The notes under the pieces: model-generated
Database searches by the model: none
What the model saw: the letters and a program-made list of their open reading frames with translations, nothing else
What the model was told of the DNA's origin: nothing
Made by a program: the position numbers and the translations under genes
Part shown: positions 38,635 to 49,902 of the stretch, piece after piece
Layout: every line of letters begins with the position of its first letter
Position numbering within the stretch: the first letter of the stretch is position 1
From: Glaucostegus cemiculus
Taxonomy: Eukaryota
Assembly (NCBI GenBank): GCA_976551045.1
Contig: CDPCPM010000007.1
Location: 21,576,001-21,640,000, forward strand
Reading direction: 5' to 3'
DNA: 64,000 nt

Positions 38635-40974
38635 GTAAGTACAGAACTTTCTTTTGGAGCTGTTTGAAAGTTTGTTTCACATTGTGAGTTCAGCTAACCA
38701 CTAGTTTTTTGTGGTGATCACAAAGTCTGGGAAGCTATTAAGTCTGAAGTGCAATTATGTTTCTGAAATGGGCCAAATACAACTCAGTTTGGGAATAAAT
38801 TTACATTTTTTTCTGTGCTTTGAGAAGTTTTAGTTTTAACTTCTGTTTTTGGAAGGCATCAGCTGTAACTTAAGTGATTTTTTTTGTTATGTAACTGTTG
38901 TTAAAATAACTTCTTTGCACTGAATGGGAAATCACATGAAGGGTGCCAGCAAGAACACAATGCCAGTTTATTGGCACCTGTTGAGAGTTTTGCTGATATT
39001 TGATACAAAGTTTAACATTGTGTGTGAAAAGAGCTTCAAGATTAAATTGTTATGAATTTAGATGGAGTAAGGTTTGATAGTGGGTGCGGTGGGAAGATAG
39101 TTTATTTCATAGTATGCACTGAATAAGAAGAGTCCATAATGATTGCATGAGTCTTGGTTGGCACCAGTCACTGTCAGCTTACTGAAAATATATTTTAATA
39201 AGCAAGACAAAAAATACCTTAAAACTAAATGTGTGCAAAATAGCATAACCATTGTCTGGAAGTTGTTAAACACTTAGTGCAAACTGAAGAAAGTATACTT
39301 TCTGTTCCAGTAACTTAAATAACAATCACCTTTGGGCATGCTTAAATCAGTTTGTAATGTTGTCAGGCTATGTTGACCCTGGGAAATACTGCTTTCTGGT
39401 GAGTACTGTAAAATAATTGCATTAAACCTCAGAGATATTTGGGAACTGTAGCCTGAATTCGCCTGTCTTCCCAATAAGGTTTTAATCAGTCTCTCGTGAT
39501 CTTAGACAATCCTTTTCCTATATTTTGATAGGAAGATCAGCGTCATAGTTGATTACATGTCATGTTTCTCAACAACTATAAAAATTAAAGTATGAGCATA
39601 TTGGGATTTAACCAAAGCTGACATGATTGAGATGTACTACTTTCTAATAACAATAATTTATGCAGCAAAGTTTGTTCTGGCAGAAGGCCAGTGGGGACTC
39701 CACCCCACTCAGTAATGAATCTTTGTATTGTTAGTTTTCAGATTAACTTTAGTTCATTAGATAGCCTCAACCTACTATATCACTTTGTGTGGTTGTTCTC
39801 TAAGTATAAGTCTCCTGGTCATATAAGGAACCAAGTCCTTGATGCACTCTTTATGCCTGAAAGAAATAGGAAACTTTAATGTCTTATTTCCTCTCATCCT
39901 TCCTCTGCCCCAACATGACATTACTGAAAATTTTTAGTCTGCAGTGGAGTAAAGTGCAACTGATTTCATATCCCATTTACTTTATACTAGTGAATCAAAA
40001 GCTCACAAAAGACATTTGGATAAGTACATGGGCAGGAGGGGTTTAGAGGTGTATGGGCCAAAAGTGGACAAATGGGACTAGCTTTATGAGCACAATGGTC
40101 TGCATGAATGAATTGGGCTGACGGGCCTGTTTCCAAGTTGTACTACTCCATGACTGTCTAATCTATTAGGAGGCACATCTGCAGTCTGCCTGCTATATTG
40201 GGACTGGAAGATGTTTGACTGCCTGTCTAAGGAAGGTAATTTTGGTAGCAAAGTTAACATTGTCATTGTTGCCACTTGCTATGTGGATTACTATTTTTAT
40301 TTCTAGATGTAAACAGGCTGATGTTTCAACCATTCAGCAAAGACAACCAATGTGACTTTTCACATGTTGAGAGGAGCATAGGAATTGACAATTGAAAATG
40401 ACATGGAAATGTAAATTCTATTGCATGAATTTTGATGAGTACAAGTTCTAAAGAAAATGTTATTTCTATAAGAAGTGTGTGAACAGCCTGAAACAGATGG
40501 GAAATGATGTTTGCTGTAATGGTGCAAGAAATGAGTTGCTGGAGGAACTCAGGAGATCAGGCAGCATCTGTGGAGGGAATGGACATTTCGACATTTCTAG
40601 GTCACTGGCCAGACTGTGAATATTAGACTTGTTTGTGCTGGTGATTACCTCACGGAGATCTGCTAGCTGGCTGTGGTGCACAGGTGTGTGATCATTTCCA
40701 TGCCAGTGTACTACAGTGTGGTCATCAGAAATACACAGGACTGGACTCGACACTGAGGAAGGGGGGAAGGGAGCTCAGACATGCTGTGGAGCTGAATGCA
40801 CTTTGGATCTGGCCTCTAGTCATACTGTAGTAAATGCTGGTAACTGTTGTGAATGGGCTTTTGAAAGATAAATGCAGGTAGTTTTTTCATTACTTCATTC
40901 AGTCTTAAAAGTTTCATTATGTTTTATAACTAAAATGTGTTTTTAGTTATTGAATAAAAATATTTTTTTTCGGT

Positions 40975-41378
40975 GAAAGTCACCCTTTGGTCTGCCCGAA
41001 ACTTGTTGGTCTCCCAGCACTGCGAGAAGTCTGTAGAGGAATGCTGCCGACTGGGCAGCATACGTGCTGAGGGATGCACTGAAGCTGGGTGCAGCCAACA
41101 CAAGGGCTCAGTGGGGAAGGACTACAGTTTAAGGTTCTTCTGCCACTGGAGAGGGAGGGGTGGGGTCAGATGAGGAAGCCCCTTAAGTATTGTAAATATG
41201 TGATTGGGGTAGCACCCCAGGGAGTCACACAAGTGGCATCGGTGCTGTGTTTTTTTTTATATAAAAAGGTAACACTAATAATTGATCTGTACACAAATGT
41301 AAAGGCTTGCACTGTTTTTATTGTTGCATATATTTTGTTTTTCTTATGATGAATAAAGTTTATTTTGAAATAAAAAAT
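40975..41378 (+). mobile_element. Tx1/L1-clade LINE 3' end
   Basis: LWSARNLLVSQH...VEECCRL and LRDALKLGAANTRAQWGRTTV* residues. Ends atgaataaagtttattttgaaataaaaaa. Confidence 0.7.
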
Positions 41379-43699
41379 AATGCAAAGTTCATGAGTTGTG
41401 TAAACAAGATTTGCAGAACTCATGAATGCTAACAGGAGGAAGTCTTTAACCCCTCTTGAATACACAAAGTAATATGGAACCTGGCTTTGCAACACTTTGG
41501 CCTGAAACAGATGGGAGATGATGAATCGCTGTAATGGGGCAAGAAATGAGTTGCTGGAGGAACTCAGCAGATCAGGCAGCATCTCTGGAGGGAAATGGAC
41601 AGTCAGAATTTCAGGTTGAGATCCTTCATCTGGATTGAAGGGGGAAAGCTTCTTTAAAGTAGGCATACCTTGAGAGAGTTAACAGTGGAATAGTAAAAGA
41701 GACTGCAGATGCTGAAATCTGGAATCCAGATGAAGGGTTTTGATCCAAAATGTCGACATTACAGTTTTGCTCACACTTGAACAGAATTGGGCTTAGCTGG
41801 ATAATTTAGAGAAATTGGTTCCTCTAATGTTGTAAGGGTTTAATTTGGGGTGGCAGTTTTGAATGGCAACATGACAAGCCGAATTTCCATACAGCTTGCT
41901 GGAGGACTGTTAAAGGACATCTATCTGTGCAAGGTTTTTTTTGAAAATGCAGAGTTGAAATTTGAATTGTTCAATGAAGCAGCTAATTCTTTCATTGCTT
42001 TCCACACAATGAGATACAAAACAATGACAATTGCACCTATCATTCTAAGCCAAAAAATATTCAAACATTCTCTGTAATATTTGGTCAAGTATCTCCCACT
42101 CCTCTGACAATCACCAGATAATTTGAATTGAACTTCAGTGCTCCATTCACATTAAAACTCTCAACAGGCCCAATTCAGCAGGAGTCTTCCTTGGCTGGCA
42201 TTTTGCATGACCTTTTTAAGGACCTTTTTCTTATTATTTTCAGACATCTTCCAAAATAATTGAGATTTGGCAAGTTTAGATTTTTTCACTTATTTAATCA
42301 GCATCATTCCATTGTATTTTTATTGTTAAACTTTTCATGTAGAAGTACAGAGGAAAATATGCCAGAGATCCCCATCAGCATCCACTATATAGGTTTGGCT
42401 AACCAGCATTTTCTCAGCACCACATACAATCTAAAAGCTTTGCTAATCACTAATTGTTCTGCTTAAATTTTGTGTCCCTGGAGGACTGAAAATATTTCCA
42501 GCAATGTCCATTGTTAGATCTGATGGTATCAGAAACTTGTGATAAGTAAAAAATAATGCAACTTGAAGTTAAACTGTGCAGAGTAGAATTTATACTGGAT
42601 GTCTCCTGCCAAAGAAGAAGATCAGCAGAAACCCAGAAAAATGCACTTACACCCCACTTCCCTGAAGTTTTCCTTGATGTTATCAGAGGAGACTGGGACA
42701 AGTTCCTGCAAAAATCTTCAATGAATACAGCATTCCCATATTCCCATGGTCTGCACGTATATAGTTCAGAAAAGCAAACAAACCTTACTTTATAATTTTT
42801 AAAATAGCATATTTTAGTGATCTCCTGGAAGATTTTCAAAACATAGGGAGGTTATAAAAGAATTTTATAAAACTTTCCCCCCCAAGTCAGTCTAGATTTT
42901 TAATCTATTTTTTTACCTTTCCCTGGAGTAACACATGAATTAAAAAGAGAGTACATAGTGAAACATGCAATTATGTGGGAAGGCTTGGATGGACCACATG
43001 TTTTATCCTTTGCTAATTGTTTGTATGTTAATAATAATTCAAAAGTATGGACTTGCTTGGAAAATAATATATATGGAAGTTCAATTTATTCTTTCTCTGT
43101 GAGGTGTGGGAGTGTAAAGAGGGACAAAGCAATCTGCTAATCTAACTTAATAAATGTTGTGTGATCTCCAGACAAATGCATATCTGAGCCAAAGGTAGAA
43201 TTCCAATGCAGAATATTTCTAACTCACAGAGTACATCATTCCAGATCCAAGAACACTGCAACCACGATCCAAAAATAATATTTTCTGGATAAATATGTTA
43301 GTCATTAGGATATAATAATAGCTCTAAATGATCATTTATTTCTTAACTTTTAATTATGTATTTATGCCCACAAAATTACATAGCTGTATTTGTAATGTAC
43401 TTTTATGGACAATTATTGAATATGTATGTGAAGTCACGTTGGCATTTTGGAAAAGCGGACTGGTACATTTGAATTTCTGGCATGGGTCATACGTTTACTG
43501 GGGCACTACACTTTGGAGTGATGAATGCATTTGTTTACTTATGGGCCCTTGAGCTTATCTGGGCTTTGGTTGTGGTATTAATATTGGAACTCTCCCTATA
43601 TGATTGGCAGTCTGTCAATATTAGGTTATCAGTCTCAACTTGGGCTGGATGACTGTATTTAATCTATTGTACTTCCCAGGCAGATCCATTTTCCCTTCA

Positions 43700-44960
43700 G
43701 CTGGAATCGGGGGATTTAAAGGATGAAGTTGTGTTGATGAGAACCGGATGTTTGATGTGGTTTATTTGGGATTCAATGAGGTTTTGACAAGGTCCTTATG
43801 GTCAAAGAAGTAAAACCAAGAAGTTGGATCTAAAATTTCCTAAGTACCAGGAAGCAAATGGTAATAGCCGACAGGTGTTTTTGAGATTGGAAGGCTGTTA
43901 AAAGTAGGAGCTCACTGCACAGTCCTTTGCTTTTTGGAGTATTTGTTTATAATATTAGACTTAAATATTGGAGGCATGATTATTATCGATAGGTGATAAG
44001 ATTTCTTTTTTAGTCACATGTACATTGAAAAACACAGTGAAATGCATCTTTTGCATAGTGTGTTCTGGGGGCAGCCGGGAAGTGTCGCCACGCTTCTGGC
44101 AACAACATAGCATGCCCACAACTTCCTAACCTGTATGTCTTTGGAATGTGGGAGGAAACTGGTGGCATGATTGATAAGGAGGAGAAAAACTTTGGACTTA
44201 AGAAAGATATAATTGGACAGACAAAATGGAATTTAACAGGGTAAAATGTAAAGGAATATTTTGGGGGAGTTGCAAGAAGGTAGGGAATGTACAATAAATG
44301 GGAGGATATTGAATGGAGTGGTGGAACAAAGGGACCTTGGAGTGTATATCCACAGATCATTAAAGGTCAGGTGAAAAAAGTATGTTTTCCCTTATCGGTT
44401 AAACAATGTACTAGAAGAACAGGGAGGTTATGCTAGAAATAGATATATTGTAAGTTAGATCTGATACCAGTAAATATGTGATTGCAGTGGAGAGAGTCCT
44501 GAAGAGATTTATAAGTATACTGCCAGGACTGAAAAAATTTAGCTACGAGGAAGGATTGAATAAGCTTGGGTTGTTTTCTTTTGTATCAGAAGAGGCAAAT
44601 GAAAGACTAAGTTGAGATGTATTTAACTATGGGAGGCCTAAATGGAGTAAATAGGAGGGGCCTCATTCCCCCAGCAGAAGGGTCAAGAACCAAATGGCAA
44701 TAAGTAATTGGCCGAAGAATTAGAGGGAAGATAAAGAAGAATGTTTTCACAGAGGTATGGTCTAGAACTCATACCTGAGGAAAAAAGGTAGAAACAGAAA
44801 CTGTTATCACATTTAAAATTTAGTTGAAGACCCAGGAACTGCAGAGCTATGGATCTAGTGCTGGAAGGTAGGTTTGTTCTGGAAAACCTCTTTATTGATC
44901 AGCAGAGATATGATGAGCAACATTGACTCCTTCTATACAGTAATTTTTTGATGATTCTTT
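43700..44960 (+). mobile_element. Degraded CR1 with a SINE fragment (43995-44160, - strand) inserted
   Basis: DVVYLGFNEVLTR / MEFN / QRDLGVYIHRSLK / YEEGLNKLGLFS remnants. The SINE piece is the reverse complement of the 3' half of 62740-63056. Confidence 0.65.
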
Positions 44961-45832
44961 TATTTCTACGATTCTGTTTATGGGAAGGAGAAAATTGTCT
45001 AGGCCTCCAGGACAAGGATTATCCACAACATAGTTCTTCTTGGAGCTATAGATCGGTTGCTCCTCTCAGCATATGTTACATATACAGTTTTAATGCTGGG
45101 GAAAGAGTTTAGAAGAAGTGAGAAGAAATATGCATCTTTGCAGATGTTTGTTTATATGCAAAGGAAGTTAGAGAAGGAGCAATATATCTGAAACTTGAAT
45201 GTAATGCAAAAGCATATTCAAAGTGCCTTCACTGATGAGATTGCAAATACCTTACCGTTCACACAACTTTCTCACGTTATATTGTGAACTGTGAAACCAA
45301 GATACTTGATTTTGATTTAAAAATCTAGGTGCTGCTAAATAATTTACTTCTGGCACAGATTTTATGTTTACTTTTGATATGGCTATATTGTTCTATAGAT
45401 TTCTATTACATTGAGCATTAGATATCTACGTAAGAAAGTTGATCTGTAAAGATAAAACAGAATAATAAAAAATACTGGATCTTTCCTCAAAGCTTGGAGC
45501 CCAGCAGACCAGATTAGCAGCAATTTATGGCATGAAAGACACTGTTTTTATTTGGAGGATATTCTTGGCTTTCTTCCCATTTGTTTAAAACACAAAATAC
45601 AATTATACATTTTTGTCAGGTTACATCATTGCATCACTTGCATATGGCCTTAAATGATCTGGAAATGAAACCTTCCCTTCCACAAAAAAGACGTGACACA
45701 CATTTTAACTGATCTTAGGTAATCAAGGCACAGAATAATACGTATATGCTGAAGCATGGCATTCTGAGTAGATTCAGAATTACAGGGACTATTTCCGTAA
45801 AAAAATGGCTATGATTGCTACATTTTATCATT

Positions 45833-48003
45833 ATCAGAATCAGAATCAGTTTTATTGTCACAACCATATACATACATAGTATGCATAGGAGCGAGATACC
45901 GTCCTCCTCAGGTGCTCGTCCCATAAAAATAACATAACAACCAACAGAGACACACATACACACTTGGCAGAATACACAGTACAAAACATTACACATTAGA
46001 AGCTATGGAGGTTAAAATTAAATTATTACGCAGATTAAATTAAAACTGGCCAGTAAATAAATAAATAGTTATTAAAGTGAACGGGCTGGAGTCGGGCATT
46101 TAAAGTGCTGGTGCATTTCTGTGCACCTAGCATCTCTTAGTGTTAACAAAGGAAGATGGAGGGATGAGAGAGTTTGCAGTTCTGATGGCTTGCGGAAAGA
46201 AGCTATTGTTCAGCCTGGTCGTTCTTGCCCTGATACATTTAAGCCTCCTCCCTGATGGCAAAATTGTGAAGAGGTGGTGGGAGGGGTGAGAAGGGTCGGC
46301 CATTATGCTTTTGGTCTTCCTCACACAACGGTCTTTGTATACATCTGCGAGGGATGGAAGCGAGACACCTATGATCCACTCCGCAGCCCTAACTATCTTC
46401 TGGAGGGACTTCCGCCCAGCAGCTGAGCAGCTCCCAAACCAAACAGTGATACATTGAGTTAGGATGCTCTCAATGGTCCCACTGTAGAAGGATTTCATGA
46501 CGGAGGGATGGGGTTACGCTTTCCTCAGTCTCCGCAGGAAGTAGAGGCGTTTCTGAGCCTTCTTCATGAGGGCCGTAATGTTAGTGGACCAGGTCAGGTC
46601 GTCGGTGATGTGCACCCCCAGGAACTTGGTGCTGTGTACTTGTTCCACAGCAGACCCGTTGATGGTCAGCGGGGCGTGCGCACAGTGACCCCTCCTAAAA
46701 TCCACTATCATCTCCTTGGTTTTATCCACATTCAAGGAGAGGTTGTTGTCATGGCACCACACGGCTAGTTGTTTCACTTCCTCTCTGTAGTCCGACTCAT
46801 CGTCATTCGTGACAAGACCCACCACTGTCGTGTCATTGGCAAATTTAACAATGCGGTTGGAGCTGAATCTGGCCTCACAGTCGTGGGTCAACAAGGTGAA
46901 CAGGAGCGGACTGAGCACACAACCCTGAGGGGAGCCAGTGCTCAGTGTGATGGTGCTTGAGGTGTTTTCACCAATTTTGACTGACTGCGGCCTGCAAGTT
47001 AGAAAATTCAGTATCCAGTTGCAGAGAGGAGAGTTAATGCCCAGAGCGCTCAACTTCCTGATAAGCTGTTGCGGGATGCTGGTATTGAAAGCAGAGCTGA
47101 AGTCGATGAATAGCAGACGGCAGTATGAGTCCTTCTTCTCTAAGTGATATAGTGCAGAGTGCATGGCAGAGGAGACTGCATCATCGGTGGACCTGTTTGC
47201 CCGATAAGCATACTGATGAGGATCCAAGGATGGGGGGAGGGAGGCTCTAATGTGCTTCATAACTAGCCTCTCAAAGCATTTCATGACAATCGGTGTTAGA
47301 GCTATGGGACGGTAGTCATTCAGACACTTTGGAGGAGACTTCTTGGGAACAGGTATGATGGTGGCAGATTTTAGGCACTTAGGGACAACAGCCTGCTGTA
47401 GGGAGATGTTGAAGATGTCAGCCAGTACATCTTTAAGCTGGTCCGCACAGTCCCTAAGTATCCGCCCCGGTATGTTATCCGGTCCCGCAGCCTTCCGAGG
47501 GTTAACCTGTAAAAGGGCTTTCCCCACACTGGCTGGGGTGAGTCTCAAAGCTCGTTCTTCTGGCGAAGGCCGGGCTTTCGAGGCAGGTGTATAGTTCATG
47601 GCCTCAAACCTTGCATAAAATTCATTCAACTGGTCTGGTAGTGATGAGTCACCATCACAAACCTGGGGTGGAGCTTTGTAGTCAGTGATGACCTGGATTC
47701 CCTTCCACAGACGCCTCGCATCCCTGTCATTGGTGAAATTATTATTTATCTTTTCTGCGTATTGTCGTTTTGCCTTTTTAATACCCCAAGACAGATCCTT
47801 CCTTGCAGACTTCAGAGCTTCCTCATCCCTCGCCCTGAAAGCTGCATCTCTGGTACGTAGCAGACAGAGAACCTCCCCAGTCATCCAGGGCTTCTGATTT
47901 GCCCTCACTGTAGTCACTTTGTCCACAGTTACATCCTCAGTGCACTTCCTGATGTAGCATAGCACAGAGTCTGTATACTCTTGGATGTCATACTCTTGGA
48001 TAT
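45833..48003 (-). mobile_element. Rex1/Babar LINE, 5'-truncated, with a long RT ORF
   Basis: 506-aa ORF 46514..48034 ([10 protein letters not shown]...FIDFSSAFN...[10 protein letters not shown]...KFANDTT, with YADD-equivalent D changed to N) plus ORF 46127..46498. (CTGATT)n tail after AATAAA. Confidence 0.93.
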
Positions 48004-48936
48004 GATGAAATGTACAGGTCAAACCTGAGGACAAATCTGAGCACTTCCTCTCACTAATGTCATAAACTATTCCTTCATCTAATGCATTAGGTACAGAGAT
48101 TTAACTCTGGGTTCAAGAATGTTAGTAGTTAAAATATTTCAGAAAATTAAATATTTTCCCACATTCATTGACATTTTCAGACATCCATGTGCCAGCAAAT
48201 ATCCAGCAATACCACCTTAGCTGACATCAGTTTGAAAGCAACATTTAAATTAAATATCTTACATCCTTCAAGAAAAAAAGCCACATTACAGATAAGGTTT
48301 TTTTTGTCTAAGAATGTGTAAACAAATGAACTAAATTAAGTTTGCTCAAACTCACTTATTCAATTATCTAAAGGAACCTTTTTGCCCCTACAATCTGGGA
48401 TGAATTTGAATTCTGCCCACACAGCTGAAATAACTTAACAAAAAGTAACAGCTAGGGTTTAATTTACAATTTAACTCTTCTGACATGTTTGATAAATGCT
48501 GATTAAAAATGGATAACAATTTATTTGGTTGCTTCAGATGCTACTGCTCCTGTTGCACAATTACTATTTCAGAAAGTTTGTAGAATGGCATTTCCATAAT
48601 TTGCAATCAACTTATGCAGCTCAACCATTGGAATTAGATTAATATTGTTAGTTCCAATTCACTTGAAGAATAGTTGACTGCATCTGGAATCAATAGGATA
48701 TATATTTGCTGGTGTTTTGTTTAATGATGAAGGCATTTGATAAAAGAGGTCAAATTATGGTTGAGCTTTTTATTGCATTAATACTCCAGCTGTAATAATG
48801 AGGAAGCACAAATATAAAACATGCTGAAGAATTCATTAAGGCTATTATGACAGATTGTTACATTGGGAAAATAGACATACTACACCAACAGACCACTCCG
48901 TAGTTCTGTTGTGACACTATTGGAAAAGGTTTATGC

Positions 48937-49171
48937 TGTAGCGACTCACGATATCGGGGTCTGAAACGCCGTTGGCTGTCGTGGGGAAACGCGCAAGTTC
49001 CCGCGATAGCGTTGGAAGGCGGGACTTCCGGTGGGAGTATGATGTCACTTCCGCCGGCCATGTTTTTTGTAGTTCGGGATATGCGCGGCTTTTGGTGAGT
49101 TATTAAAAACGTGCTCGATCGAGTCTCCGTGTCCTCGTGTTCTTCTAAGTCGCACCCTGCTGGCTGCTACA
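48937..49171 (+). repeat. 5' LTR
   Basis: TGTAGCGACTC...GCTGCTACA, directly repeated at 52965-53199. Confidence 0.97.
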
Positions 49172-49173
49172 TT

Positions 49174-49187
49174 TGGTGACCCCGACG
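49174..49187 (+). promoter_or_regulatory. Primer binding site complementary to tRNA-Trp
   Basis: TGGTGACCCCGACG lies 2 nt after the 5' LTR. It is complementary to the vertebrate tRNA-Trp 3' end (...CGUCGGGGUCACCA). Confidence 0.88.
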
Positions 49188-49194
49188 ATTCCAG

Positions 49195-49902
49195 ATGGCA
49201 TCTGGAATCATGGATACTGACTCCCACAACGCCGTGGCACTCAAGCTCCCGGTTTTCTGGACCTCACAGCCTCAAGTCCGGTTTGAACAGGCGGAGGCCC
49301 AGTTCAGCGTCAGGGGCATTGAAGCCGAGGCCACGAAGTATTACTACGTGGTCAGCGCCCTCAACCAGGACATGGCCGGTCACATCATCGATTTCCTACG
49401 CCAGCCACCGACGGAAGACAGGTACGCTCAAATCAAGGCTCTCCTCATCCGCACGTTCGGCCTTTCCCTCAGCGACCGAGCCACGAGGCTCCTCCATATG
49501 GACGGCCTAGGCGACCGCAAGCCCTCCGAGTTGATGGACGAGATGCTGGCACTCATGAACGGCCATCAGCCATGTTTCCTGTTCCGGCAGCTATTCCTCG
49601 AGCAACTCCCGGATGATATGCGCCCCCTCCTCGCCAACGGAGATTTCAGCGACCCGCGTGCCCTCGCGGCCACGGCGGACGTCATTTGGTACTGTCGGCG
49701 GTGAGGAGTGGCCTCCGCCTGTGTAGTGCCGGCCTCGCAGCCTCCGGCTAAGGTTCTGAAACCCAAACCGTCAGGGCCCACAGAGGACAAAGGCAAAAGC
49801 CCAGGGCAGTGGTGTTTCTACCACAAGAGGTGGGGGACGAATGTGCGCCGCTGCCAGCCGCCGTGTTCTTTCCCGGGAAACGCCGAGGCTGGCCGTCATT
49901 AG
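49195..49902 (+). pseudogene. gag: Gypsy gag with one in-frame TGA (49702-49704)
   Basis: AVALKLPVFWTSQPQ..FEQAEAQF...LGDRKPSELMDEM; the same frame continues to CFYHKRWG...CQPPCSFPGN. Confidence 0.88.

Noticed and set aside
49702-49704. Programmed read-through or selenocysteine TGA in gag
   Set aside because: More simply a nonsense mutation in a copy with several other lesions. No supporting signal was seen.
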